In this document: piece after piece, positions 43,761 through 57,489 of the stretch | How positions within the stretch are numbered: the first letter of the stretch is position 1 | Layout of the letters: every line of letters begins with the position of its first letter | Assembly (NCBI RefSeq): GCF_006345805.1 | Contig: NC_043000.1 | Coordinates: 86,490,001 to 86,554,000, forward strand | DNA: 64,000 bases | Direction of reading: 5' to 3' | From: Octopus sinensis | Taxonomy: Eukaryota | Made by a program: the position numbers and the translations under genes | Notes under the pieces: generated by a model | Databases searched by the model: none | Seen by the model: only the letters and a program-made list of their open reading frames with translations | Told to the model about the DNA's origin: nothing

Positions 43761-45754
43761 GCAGTTTATTGAAATAAATGTTCCAAGACTAGAAACTGTA
43801 AATTGTTAATAGTAACAGATCTCCATCATTCAATTATTTGATCAACCTAACTTCTTGCTCCTTACTTAATATGTAAGTGACTGGGCATTTCACAGACATG
43901 TGCATCCTTAACATAATTATCAAGCGGAATCAGTATGACACAGTGTGTGACAAAGCCTGTACTTTTGGAATTACAAATACAATCCAACCTGACGAGTTTC
44001 TCTGAAGTTTCTGCCAACCAAATTTCACTGATAAGGTATAGGTTGACTTGAGGCAGTAGATAATAAAATTTGTCTAAGATACCATGCAGTGGGATTGAAC
44101 CCAGAATCATGCAATTATGAAGCAAATGTCCCATTTATCCATATTGCATTGCTAAATATTCATCAACAAACTGTTAGAGCTAAGGAGGAAAACCTAAATG
44201 TGGTCACTTGACTCAATAGAAAAAGTACCTAAACCTCCCTACTGTCTTAAAAAGAGGAAGGAAACATCGGATAATGCAATCATGGATACACAGTCTGTAA
44301 CAGAAAAAAATGAATTGGTCATGGGTGGAATGTCTTTGATGCTTAGTCTTCTTAATCAGGCTCATCTCAGACTAAACAGCTCAAGAAATGTGTAAGTTTT
44401 TGACTTGCTGGATTTTACAATATTTATAATGTCAGTGTCTGTATCATTATAATAAACATCGTGAGAAACTTAATTAGATAAATTGTATGTAAATCTTATT
44501 GTTCTACACAAATACATACATAAATAAGCTGAACTTAAAATGAAATGGTAGAACATATAAAAATATGACTTGACAATCAGACTAAACCTCCCAAGCTGTC
44601 TGAACTATTTCATTGTCATATTACTAATGAAATACACTACCTTCATTTTAATAAATTTTTAAAATCAAAGATTTTGTCATTATTAAGCCAGTGTTTGAAA
44701 TATAAATTAACATGAACATTTTGTTGAAGGTTTAAATTTGGGTCACTTTAAAAAGTCTCAGGTGGACTGATATCAAAAGAGTTTAAAAAAGGAAGGACAC
44801 ATTAATAAGGTGATATTTGTGCAAAACTCATTGCTCTACACACTCTCACATAATTATGCTGGACCTAAATATAGGAGATGAACATATAAAAATATGACTT
44901 GAGGCAGGATATTTAATTCAGATTATGAATATATATTGTTACATTAGTATTCAAGTTAAAGGAAATAACTCTTTAATCACCATTAAAAGTGAGATAGATT
45001 TGGGAAAATAAGTTCTACTTACTTCGTAGGTATTTTTCCGCATCTTAAATATATGCTTTACTTTATCCATTATTTCAGAATAATTGCTACAGAAAACTAA
45101 ACAACTGAGCTGACCAAAATTCTATATACTGCAAAAGAAATAATATATAAAAATTGGGTTAAAAAAACGGAAAATATCTATGCAAAATAAGAGGAAGGAT
45201 AAGGCAACATGAAAATGAAAACATAAAAAAAGAGTTTATGAATAATATCTTCATATAACATAGCCATTTCAATTGAGTGGAGTAAACTGATGTTCATACT
45301 CAATTAATCTTTCAATGAAAAGTGATTTCTGCATTATAAATAAACCTTTTGTATAGTTGTATGTCAGTCTAGAATAGAATGATTAATGTTAATATATCAT
45401 TATAAAACAGTGCTTCTTAAAGTAAGAGATGGAAAATATTTATAAGGGTACTAGAGACAAGGGAGTGATAGGTGAAGTGATAGATGTATCTCTTAATTGC
45501 CCTAATTTTCGAAAATATTTTCAAGATCAAAAAATATTTTCAATTACATAGTGGTTTAGTAGTTAGGGTGTTGCAGTCATGATCATAAGATTATGGTTTT
45601 GATCTCTGGACTTGGTGATGCATTGTGCTCTTGAGCAAAACACTTCATTTCATGTCGTTTTACTCCACTCAGCTGGCAAAAATGAGTAATCTTGCAATGG
45701 ATTTGTGTGAATTTCAGGAGGAAATGCCACAGAATCTAGGAAACCAGCCTTATA

Positions 45755-46999
45755 TTAGGTTGTTTCACGTGAAATGTCATATTTGAAAGGTAACAATATA
45801 ATGTTTCAGAAATGTTAGAGAACTGATTTATTTAATCAAAGTATGATCCATGTTCATTTATGACATTTGCCCAATGTTTCTCTGTCATATATTCCATCTT
45901 TAAAAAAATTCATCTTTTACTGTGATAAACTGTCCGAACGCTTCAATTATCTCTTCTCTATTTAAGAAAGCTTTATTGCTTATGAAAAGCTCAAAATGCT
46001 TAAATAAGTGATGATCAGTAGGAGAGATATCAGGGGAATAGGGAGGATGTTGCAAAATCTCATAATTCAGGCTTTGCAACTTTTGGACCGTAGCTTGAGG
46101 AGTGTGAGGACATGCATTGTCATGGAACAAAATTGGGCCATCTCTATTCACTAGTTTGAGTTGCTTCTTTTTCAATTTTTCATTCATACAATCAATTTCC
46201 TGACAATACAATGTTGCTGTTACCGTTTTCCCTTGTTGCAAAAATGAATAATGAATAACTCCCTTTGCAGACCACCATACAGTGACCACTAACTTTTTAG
46301 GGTGCAATGGTAGATTTGAGTAGTGTTTAGGTGACTATCCTGCATCTAATCACTGTCTTGTTTTCCTGCTGTTGTCAAAGAGTATCCATTTCTCATCACA
46401 AGTAATGATTTGATGCAAAAATGGTCTTTTTCCAGTTGAGAAAGCAACAAGGAGCACTCTTCGAGGCATGTTTTTTTGAATCTCATTCAGTTGATGTGGA
46501 ACAAACCTATTTGTTGTCTTGACTTTTCCAATTTTTTACAGGTGTCCAAAAACAGTTGTGTGAGATGTTTGGAGTTCTGATGAAAGTTTTCAAACCTTTG
46601 TTCTCAGATTTTGTTCAACCAAAGGATTTAATTAATCATGCTAAGTAACTGATTTTGGCCTACCCCTTGGTTTATTTTCAAGGCTATCATCTCTTGAATG
46701 AGAGCTTTGGAACCATCTCTGAACAGTTCTGATGTCAACATAACCATTACCAAAGGCCCGCTAGAAATTCCATAGAGCTTCTGTGGCAGAGTGACCCAGT
46801 TTGTACTCATATGGGAAAATCACTCAACATAGTTTGGTTGCTATCATTTTCATAAGGTCTGTGGGTATGAATATTGTATACCAATATCATTGGGAAAGAA
46901 AAAGGGTCAAGATTAAATGCAAGGTATACATAATTGAGTTTTTAAAAGACTGAAATAACAAGCATTTAAAAATGCGACATTTCATGTGAAACAACCTAA
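45755..46999 (-). mobile_element. Full-length (~1.25 kb) inactive mariner (DD34D) transposon
   Basis: TIRs TTAGGTTGTTTCACRTGAAATGTC at both ends with a TA target on the left. Transposase motifs ITCDEKWILFDN, HPKKLVVTVWWSAKGVIHY, HDNACPH and HPPYSPDISPTDHHLF, with several stops and frameshifts. Confidence 0.95.
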
Positions 47000-47174
47000 A
47001 ATAACTATAGATCAGGAAGGCCTTCCAAAGTTTCTTTATATAATAAAGAAACTTTTGAAGCTTCAAATGTATTTCACATTTTACAGACAAGAAAGTAAAT
47101 TTCAAACATAGTATGTGTGCATGTGTGTGTTTGTATATGCTTGTGAGTGTATGTATATATATATATAGGTGGAG

Positions 47175-47963
47175 ATAAACTTACTTGGGAATGGATGCAT
47201 CGCGTTCAATTAAATAAATAAATAAAATATATATATACATGTATATATGGGTACAGGATGTCACCAACGGTGCAAATAACATACACACGAGAGATAGATA
47301 CAAGACATGGACAGTAATTACAGGACAAAAACAAGTAAAATATGTAAACAATGAGAAAAAATGGAAAACAGGACAAGTTAACACAGGAAAAGGACACTTC
47401 ATCAGTTATCGGCTGTCTATCTACTCCTCATTTCAAGCATTCAAATGACAATATGAGTCTTCAAAGACAGTAGCTCCCATAAATTCTAAAATAAAATTTA
47501 GGATTTATGGAGGGTCAAAGTTGGGAACAAAAAATTGACTGGAGACATACAAAGAAAACAGACATGGAGGGTCGTTAGAGCGGAATGAAAGGAGAATAGT
47601 GAATACTGGGAGAATAGTGAATGCTTTGAGAAGAGAGAAGATAGAAGAGAGGGGGGAAAAAACGTCCTAGTTGTTTAGACGTCTGAGCAGGAAAAGAAAG
47701 ATGGTTGCATGAGGAAAAGAAGGATGGATGATGGTCACATGTGAACAATGAGAGAGAGAGAGAGAGAAAAGGAAAGAGGGGAGAGAGAGAGAGACAGATA
47801 GAAAAGGGTGAAGTGTGAAGGGGAATTAGAGAAGGATGGAGGAAGAAGGAAGTAAAGATGAGAGGAAGAAAATAGTACAGAGTAGAGAGTTTCATAAAAA
47901 ATGGGTGAAGTGAACTTACTTGGGAATGGATGCGATGCATCCAATTAAATAAATAATTTAATA

Positions 47964-48000
<37 letters not shown>

Positions 48001-48072
48001 GCATATATGGGTACAGCATGTCACCAACGGTAAAAATAAAGTACATACAAGAGATAGATACAAGATGTGGAT
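47175..48072 (-). mobile_element. Non-coding element with ~135-160 bp direct repeats (period ~735 bp), Penelope-like pseudo-LTR or tandem organisation
   Basis: AACTTACTTGGGAATGGATGC...GGGTACAGSATGTCACCAACGGT...GAGATAGATACAAGA at 47178-47310 and 47912-48070. CTGATGA on the minus strand at 47399-47405. Confidence 0.5.
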
Positions 48073-48439
48073 ATATATATATATATATATATATATTTAC
48101 ATAGTTAACAGAAGTTACAAAGTAACACCTAGATCATAAATTTTGTGTATACCACTTATCAAACTTCCAAAAAATCTTAGAGTTCACTTTTATTAGATTG
48201 ATTTATAAATATAATTATCTATGGAAAAATGTGAAAAAAAATTTTAATTGGAGGGTCATGAGAATAATACATATTTTTTCAAATAGTCTGTTCATTAAGT
48301 AGTCCAATAAATTAATAAAAAAAAATAAAAGGGAAGTAGAAAGTATGCACACATATACACAAACATTTTGATACATATGCACATACATGCATACCTCTAC
48401 ATAACACACACACACACACATATATTTCTTTATAGCTGT

Positions 48440-48614
48440 AGGTGTAGTTGTGTGGTAAGAAGTTTGCTTCCCAACCCATGGTTTTAGGTTCAGTTCTGCT
48501 GTGTGGCACTTTGGGCAAGAGTTTTCTGCCATAGCTGTGGGCCAACCAAAGCCTTGTGAGTGGATTTGGTAGATAAAAACTGAAAGAAGCCCATTGTATG
48601 TGTGTGTGTGTGTA

Positions 48615-48645
<31 letters not shown>

Positions 48646-48935
48646 GTAATATATACACACATGCATACATATATGTGTGGTGTGTGGAGGGATGTGTGAG
48701 TGCATGTATGTTTGTGTCTCCCTTTCCTAATGTAATTGAATGTCACTATTATATAAGCAGTGTCATTCATTTGCATTAGTCTGTGAGAACATGTCTGGCT
48801 GTGAGGAAATATTATCTTGTTTGGTAACAGGTGTGTGTTGGTGACAGGAAGGGCCTTCAGACATAGAAAATCTGCCTCAAATATATTCTATTTGACCCGT
48901 AGAAGCAAAGAAAAGTAGACATTAAATGATGATAT
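48440..48935 (+). mobile_element. SINE family B variant ending in an RTE-type tail
   Basis: Family B head followed by GTTGGTGACAGGAAGGGC...CATTAAATGATGAT. Confidence 0.7.
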
Positions 48936-51900
48936 ATATTTATATATATACATGCATGCGAGTGTGTGTAGGTATACATATAAATGAAGATCAAATTTTT
49001 CGGATTATCCTAAATTTTCCAACACCAGATATACTGTTATGGTTTCATCTATTCTTACAACATTCAGTTAGTGAATGTGATCATGTGGATTTCATTTACT
49101 AGCAGGTATGTAGTAATGTGTAATTTGGACACTTAGTTTACAAAAAGTTCTAATTTGTAAAATTCTATCAGAAGACATCTTCCAACTGAGCTAAGTTTGA
49201 AAATGGAAATTACAGTAATTTTAGCAGATGAGCATTTTCTAACTAGAGAGTTTTAGACTCTATGAGTGAAGAGAAGTGCTGTTGTTGTATTTGTGAATAA
49301 GTGGCACATACAAACTTGTTTTGCTTGGCAAGCAGTTCATATCACTTACTGTGTTCCATTATGAACTATTTTAAGACACAAAGTGTCCCACATGTTGTTG
49401 AGCTTTCTAATATAGAAGTCAGTCATTTTTTTAAGCCATACATTTGCTATTTTTATATTGTAAGCCAATAAAGAACCAATTACATGCCTAACAATATCTG
49501 AACCAACTGACAATAAAATTCATTATAGAAATAGATAATTTCTTTGCCATTATGTAAGTATAATAGATGTATACTTTTCTTAGCATTTTACTAGAATGAA
49601 ATAATTTTCAATACTAATAAAACTATTATTTTTCACTCTGCCTACTCAGTTCCTGCATATTAAGAGTGGGTATTTTTTGGACACTGCTTTAAGGCTTTCA
49701 AAAATTAGAAATGTAGTTTGGCTTTTGACATGTTCATCTTCAAAACTCTTCAAATCAAGCTCACTCCTCCATAGTAAAATCTTTTCTGCAATTCTTGGAG
49801 AGACTGACTTGCAATGAAAAACAAAATTCCTATGGATCTGAAGCCTTTTCACTCTTCTTGTACAAACCCACCCAAGAATACCCTGGTTCTATGACAAAAA
49901 CTCACTGCTTTAAAATTGTCTAAATTATAACCTTCCATCAAAATTTCATGCTAATTTATGTTCAAAACACCAGCTGAATAATGACACAGTTATTTTAGTA
50001 AATTTTTCATTATTTTAGAAACAGTGTATTTCAATAGAATATAGTAACAAAAGGGTTAATGTGCAATAGCTGAGAACAGTTCTGTCATCTACTAAAATTT
50101 TCCCCTCATTTTACTGCTACTGAATGTAGCACTATTTCTTCAGATTTTTTAAACACAGTCCTTTGCAGGATAATCTTTTGTCTTCCCTTTTTTTATTTGT
50201 TTCAGTAATTAGATGCACCCATACCGTGATGGGTTTAGTTAAAAAGATTGACCCCAGTGCTTAATTTTTAAGTGTGTTACTTATTCTATCAGTCTCTTTT
50301 TGCTGAATCACTAAGTTACAGGGACATAAGGAAACCAACAGTGGTTACCCAGTGGTGGTGGGGACAAAGACAAAGACACAAAGAAATAAGAAACGTTAGC
50401 ATGCCGGGCAAAATGCTTAGCAGTATTTCATCTGCCGCTACGTTCTGAGTTCAAATTCTGCCGAGGTCGACTGCTTTTCATCCTTTCGGGGGTGATTAAA
50501 TAAGTACCAGTTATGCACTGGGGTCGATATAATCGACTTAATGCGGTTGTCTGTCCTTGTTTATCCTCTGTGTTTAGCCCCTTGTGGGTAGTAAAGAAAT
50601 AGGTATTTCATCTGTCTTTACGTTCTCACACACACACACACATATGTATGTATATTATGTATGTATGTATATATATCATTCAACCACAGTAATGGTTGAA
50701 TATATTCTTAAATTTACCATTTCGTCAATCACAGCAGCTTCCAAGCTTCACCAGTAATTTAGTTCTCAACTAAATTGCAAACTGTTAATAGTTTTAAAGA
50801 GGACACCTCCTCAGCTACACCTTGGCATAAATAGTTTGAGATTTGGTTCATGAGAAAAAATGTTACATCAAAATATCTGCGACCTCAAGGGAGCAGTAAA
50901 GCAGATATTCAGCTTCAATTAACATAAATTTTTTAATTCTAAATTAAAAGTACACTTTTCTTAGGCTTAAATGATAGAAAAATACATGAGGAATTTGGAA
51001 TCATTAGTTACATCGAACAAAAATTAGTAGAAAAAAAGTTATCAGGTGAAATGTTACGAAATTTAATGCCAGTTAGTAAGGAAGTAAGGGAGTAATGCTT
51101 AAGCAATAAGAATAAGGAATATATTTCTAAAATGAATGCTTACATTCTAAGTCTGTGAGCTGGCAGAAACGTTAGCATGCTGGGTGAAATGCTTACTGGG
51201 ATCTTGTTATGAGTTCAAATTTTGTCAAGGTTGACTTGGACGTACAGATTATTTGATTAATTTTTTTTTTAACTAAACACTTTCAAACTTCTGATATTGG
51301 TAGAATATGTCACATAGAATGGGGTTTATTCTTAATGTTTTGGACAAAATTTTGTATTTTAGAAGTTATTTCGTCAGAAGTTACAGAGTGACAATGGACA
51401 AATTCGTGGTTGATAAGTGCCAATACACGAAACTCCCAGCTTTTGACTTACTCTCTAACTTCTGCCGATGATATATACATATTACATATATGTGTAAAAA
51501 ACTCTCATCACACAATCGCACCAATGAAAGTGTCTCTACCTGGTCACTCAACACATTAAAAATAGCAGCCAAAGTATACCCCTACCTAAATCACATGCCC
51601 ATTGTATGTAATGTTCTAGATTATCCCTAAAAAGATGGTTTGCTAAAGGCTGGAATGTCTTTGATGATACGTTTGCAGTATCAGGTGTATTTGCGGCTAA
51701 ATAACAACAGCATTATGGTCAATTTCTATATTAACACCCACATGATTTTCACTAAGAAAGAAAAAAACAAAAAATTTTATTTTTTGCATGGAATCAAGTA
51801 CCCACCTCCATATCGGAATCATTGGAAATTATTGTTTTCATTGAATGAATTCCTGTGACCACCTAATATTGCAAAATTAGGTTACTTAAGGCGAGCCAGA

Positions 51901-52345
51901 TAACTGATGGTTTTAGGGTGTTGCTGTTTGTAAATTGAAATATTATCTTTCAGTATTTTATAAGGTAAAATCTTAAATTATTAATTGACACATTATTTAT
52001 TATCTTATAACAGCAATGCCTGGAAAAACCATGGATTACATGGGAAAATACAAGTATGAAAAGTAATATTCTTAAGATAATAAACCCGGAAAAGTACAGG
52101 ACAAGTCATTACACCTGGAAAAGTATAGGAGAAGCTATTACTTCTAGTAAAGTAAGAAATAAGAAAATATATATATATGACAAGTTTCTTTCAGTTTCCT
52201 TCAACTAAATCTACTCACAAGGCTTTGGTTGGCCTGGGGTTATAGTAGAAGACACTTGTACAAAGTGCCACGCAGTAAGACTATACCTGAAACTGTGTGG
52301 TTGGGAAGCATGTTTCCTACCACACAGCCACACAAAAGGACTTAT

Positions 52346-52440
52346 ACCATATTTTTCAGCATTGCAGATGCACCTTCTTTGTAAAAATCATAAAAAAGTA
52401 CCCTGAAAATTACCATGCATCTTCTGCAATGCTGTTTGAG
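52346..52440 (+). mobile_element. Possible pogo/Tigger-like left end
   Basis: TACCATATTTTTCAGCATTGCAGATGCACC resembles TACCGTATTTTTCGG..TAAGACGCAC termini. No partner TIR found. Confidence 0.3.
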
Positions 52441-53583
52441 AAATGCAGAGTAGTTAAAGGGAAGAGCAGCAAACCACCAGGCAGGAAGCCACTGTTTGGT
52501 GATTTTGCTGAATGACAGACATGAACACACAACTGATTTGCCTGCCAATTTTGTCTGACAACAGGCATTTAGCATGTGCCTGCTGGGCAGTGCTTGATCA
52601 CGTGTACAGGACTTTGGTGAGTACAAAAAATTTTTTATGTAAAATTACATTTTCAAAATCAGAGTGTTTCTTCCACAATGCAGTGCAATCATACTACAAA
52701 ATACAGTAATCATTCATGCAAACCTAACTTTCCTGATTTCCACCATTTAATAAAATATGGTAGCCAGTTATAAGCTGACTCTTTGTTAACAAATGCAAAA
52801 CAGAATGATTGATTCTTTCATTAAATATTTATTTTACACCTGATTCACCAAAATTCTTAAATTTTTTGAACCATTTACTGATACAAAACTAAATTGCAAT
52901 ACAGTCATCTAAAATATAACCTTTTCAACATAATTGCTAAAACTTATTCAACCACCTTTATTTCAAGGTACACTATTATAAGTTTACTGCCTGCTTTGCA
53001 TCTAACTCCACACTACAGGTATATCTCCTTCAAAACTACCTTTCTACTCCACTCATTTGGACTAACCATCAATGCACTCAGATATCCCAAGTGAGAATGT
53101 AATTCTAGTTACTTCAAAATAATAAGTATACCACCCTTGACAATTCTCATTCTATTTCCCTTAAATGATACATCTCAATGCTTAACTTTATCCTCATCAA
53201 ATGCTTCAATCGCTCTCTCTCTCTCTTTCTCTCTCACCCAAAATAGTGTATATCATGATCTTGCCTCCTAGAAAAATTTTTAGCAGTTACCAACTTGTAA
53301 CAAATCATATGATGTATCATCAGCATTAACCTAGTATCAGAAGGCCAACAAAAACCATCAATATAATCCCTTCCTTCATATTAATCCAATAATAAAAGGA
53401 AAACAAGGGCCTATATTGGAACATCACTGAGATATCATCTCCATACCAGCAAACTAACAATACAGAGAACATTTTTACATATTACACAGCCTGCAAATCC
53501 TCTCACTTTCCAAACTGCTGCAAAGTCTTCTAGTCCCTTACTAACAGTGTCTCCACCAAACTCTCTAACTTGTCATACGAAAA

Positions 53584-53849
53584 CAAAATTTTTTTTTAAA
53601 TGTGCCCTTTTAAAGCCTAGCCAGGCTCATGGGCCTGGTTTCCTGGTTTCTATGGTGTATGTGTTCCCTAGCTGGACAGGATCCCAGTCCATCGCAGCGT
53701 TACTCATTTTTACCAGCTGAGTGGACTGGAGCAACATGAAATGAAGTGTTTTGCTCAAGAACACAACGCATCGCCCAGTCCAGGAATCGAAACCACAATC
53801 TTACGATCATGATGCTGACACCCTAACCACTAAGCCATTTGCCTCCACA
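53584..53849 (-). mobile_element. SINE family D with 11-bp TSD, inserted in a CR1-like relic
   Basis: TCATACGAAAA at 53573-53583 and 53850-53860. tRNA-like head (TGGAGGC...TGGCTTAGTGGTTAGGG...GGTTTCGATTCC). Confidence 0.85.
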
Positions 53850-53899
53850 TCATACGAAAATAACATTCACAATTATGAAGCCATCACGTTTTCTATGTG

Positions 53900-54370
53900 T
53901 TTCATTTCCAGCTCCATACTCCTACTACCCAACCCCAAAAAACACAGCAAAATTATTCCCAAGTTCTTTTTCTTGACCTTTTTCACCAAGCACGTGGAGG
54001 AACCAAAAGTGAAAACTTTTTCATTTGCTCCAACCTACCATGATGACCAGTCTCAGAACACTTCAATCATCCTAAAAGATTAAACCCCAGAAGTAGTTCC
54101 TATTCTTGCCAAATGCTTCAATTTTCCTCTATCATCATATTCCATTCTTTCTAAGAACCACTCCTTGCACCCTGCCATGCCCAGCCAATTATTGATATAT
54201 TTCCTTTATTTCAATAGTGGAGACAGTAGTAAATAGATACCTCCTTCATTGCCATGCATCATTGTCTCTTCTCACTGACCACCAATATAGGTTTCTACAG
54301 AGCCAAAGTTATGTCATGTATCAATGGTTTTTCACCATAAAGAACTTTGGTAAAAGCAATACTGGAATCA
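53900..54370 (+). mobile_element. CR1/L2-like RT N-terminal relic
   Basis: PEVVPILAKCF...ISFISIVETVVNRYLL...LLTDHQYRF. Confidence 0.55.
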
Positions 54371-56040
54371 TTATTACTAAACTGATCAAACAATTGACTT
54401 TAACAGATTGAGTGAAAGAAAAAACTTCTTTGGAATTGTGAAAAGTGAATAATGCTGTTAATACATCACTTGCACTGTTACTACCAAAAAATACACTCCA
54501 GTGTTTCTACACACACAAAAGTGTTATAGCTCTCTCACCCTACTAGCTATTGATCTATCAGTCTCACTATCAAAGGTAAAGAAATGGTTAACAATTGCCA
54601 CTTTATCAATTTGAACTTCTTGCTCTCCTTAATAGTAAAAAATTTTGTTTCCATAAAGCCAGTAAGAAACTTCTATATGGTTGTTCAATTTACTAGAAAT
54701 ATCAGCCTAATCTCTCCCTTTCTCTCTCTCTCTCATAACACATCTCATCATCATAATTATAATTATGCAACATATAAGATTATATAGTACTACCAAAAAT
54801 GGAGTGGTCACTGCTTGCTTTTTATTCATAGACCTTCTGAATCAAGGCTGGTCTGAGCTAAACAACACCACCAACAAATAGCTCACATATGAAGCCTCAC
54901 CACCAAAACTAATGGTTTAATCTCTTTAAAAAATTTCCATGAAAACTATATTCTTGTACTAAATATCAACAAAATCTTTTTCACTATCTATAATAAGATA
55001 CCTTAGTTATGTTGCTTTCACTTAAGCCCCAACCATCTCTCATGACCTGAATCAGAAATTTTCTGTCACTGCAGAGTACTGACCAGATACTTTTTGATTC
55101 ATACTCTATCAGCTCATATACCTGTTATCAGTAGTGCACTAATAAAAGGAAAATAAATGAGTGAGTAAGGGAAAAAAAGGAACAGTTTTGGCTTGCTATA
55201 CATCATACTTTGACATTACAAATTTTAAAACATTCAAAAGAAATTGAATTGCAAAGAAAAAAAAATTAACAATTTCATAAAAGAAAATATTTACAGCAGA
55301 TAAAGTGCAATAAACAGCAGCCAAAGGCAACTATTGTGTGTTGTTAGTAACAGAGTAATTGTTTCAAAGAACTGCCAAAACATAAATACAAAGCAGGAAA
55401 ATAATTTAGAAATAATGATCATGATAATTAAAATGAAATTAATAGCTTCAAAAAATATTTCACTTCTTTAAATGTCAGAAATCTAACATAGTAAAAAGAG
55501 TTAATTAGTAAATGTTTAAAAGGTATCATCAAGATGGATGAGTTACAAAGAAGGGTTATTTTGTTGGATTTCTATATGAAAACCCTTAAAAGTTATATCT
55601 TATAAATGTAATAATACATACACACAACATTGCTGCATATGTGCAGGCTAATCGTGTATCCTTGAGTTATAACATAATGTTCACTTTAATGGTGAATAAT
55701 GTAAAATGTAAATGAACTCAACAAAACAATAACACTAAATATCTTCATTGTTACACAATACATATATTGTGTCAAAGTATTCAAATGAAACCATTTTCTC
55801 ATCACTGCCACCCAAAAATTATACATGCATAAATGCATATCTACATGTGTCTGTGTATGTATGCATATATATATATATATGTATATATGTCCAACCCATG
55901 CTAGCATGGAAAGCAGACGCTAAACGATGATGATATATGTATGTATGTTATATATATATATATATATATTATATAATATATATATATATATAATACATAT
56001 ATACATACATATATACATACATAGATACATATACATATAT

Positions 56041-56400
56041 AGGCGCAGGAGTGGCTGTGTGGTAAGTAGCTTGCTAACCAACCACACGGTTGCGGGTTCA
56101 TCCCACTGCGTGGCATCTTGGGCAAGTGTCTTCTGCTATAGCCCCGGGCCGACAGCCTTGTGAGTGGATTTGGTGGACGAGGCTGAAGGAGGCCTGTCGT
56201 ATATATGTATATATGTATATGTGGTGTGTTGTGTGTCTGTGTTTGTCCCCCTAGCATTGCTTGACAACCGATGCTGGTGTTTACGTCCCCGTCACTTAGC
56301 GGTTCGGCAAAAAGAGACCGATAGAATAAGTACTAAAAGGTGGTGCTCCAGCATGGCCGCAGTCAAATGACTGAAACAAGTAAAAGAGTAAAAGAGTAAA
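56041..56400 (+). mobile_element. tRNA-derived SINE family B (GGCGCAGGAGTGGCTGTGTGGTAAG...)
   Basis: A/B-box head, internal TA/TG microsatellite and GTAAAAGA tail. Other copies at ~30815-30885(-), 37150-37310(-), 52180-52335(-), 58445-58830(+), 60470-60925(-), 62310-62425(-) and 63194-63330(+). Confidence 0.85.
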
Positions 56401-56938
56401 AGAGTATATATATGTATATATATCATCATATATATGTACATACACACATATATATATCATATATATATACACACACACACATATATATATATATACATAC
56501 ATACACACATATACATACATATATATATATATAAATACATACATATACATACATACATACGTACATACATACATATATTAGGTCGTCAAGTATGAATTTG
56601 TAGTAAGGTATATGGTAAACTTTGACAGCTGCTCATTTTGCATTATTTTTACATTTTGACAATCTTTGTTTTTTTGTAAGGAAGCTAACACATCTATTTC
56701 TTTATTCTAACTCATTTTGCACTTTACAAAGGATTTATAAATCATTTTTTGCTAAGAGATTGATAAGTCGGAAATTTGTACAGTTTTGAAATATACATAC
56801 GCACACACACACACACACACAATATATATATATGTATGTATGTATATGGTATGTATAATGGGTTTTATACAGCAAACTTCTCAACCATTCAGCTATATTT
56901 GTGCCTATCAATGCCTACATAACTATCTTTCTATTTAT

Positions 56939-56985
<47 letters not shown>

Positions 56986-57489
56986 TACATGCCTCTACAC
57001 ACACACAGATACATAGTTATACACACATGCACACACACACACACATATATATACTTACATGTATGTGCATGTGTGTGTGTGTGTGCGTGCGTGTATGTGT
57101 GTGTGTGCATGTGTGTATGTGTGTGTGTGTGTGTGCATGTTTGTGGCCTAATAGGTATGGTATTCAGTTCACAAATCATAAGGTTTTGGGATCAGTTCTT
57201 GGACAGAACAGTGTATTGTGCCTCTGGGTATGACACTTTATTTCTCATTGCTTGAATCTATTCATCTGAAATTTGTTCTAGCCAAGTGCTGGTACAGTTT
57301 TCTCTGCCTCTAGTGATTACATCAAAGAAATGGTGCAAGTGCTAAAAAATTAAACAAAAGCATAGTATATTCAGTAAAGTCTTGTTCTCATAATTTGAGC
57401 ATCTATGACTTAGATTAGGTACACTACATAATTCTATATCACCTTTTCTCTCAATCAAGCAACAAGATAGGCAGTAAAGTTCAATATTT

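Noticed and set aside
49646-49852. 68-aa minus-strand ORF with ordinary composition
   Set aside because: No motif recognised, no clear splice signals, and it abuts a MITE.
52018-52150. Short ~27-bp degenerate repeat (CCTGGAAAAGTAYAGGA)
   Set aside because: Only 2-4 decayed copies with no further structure.
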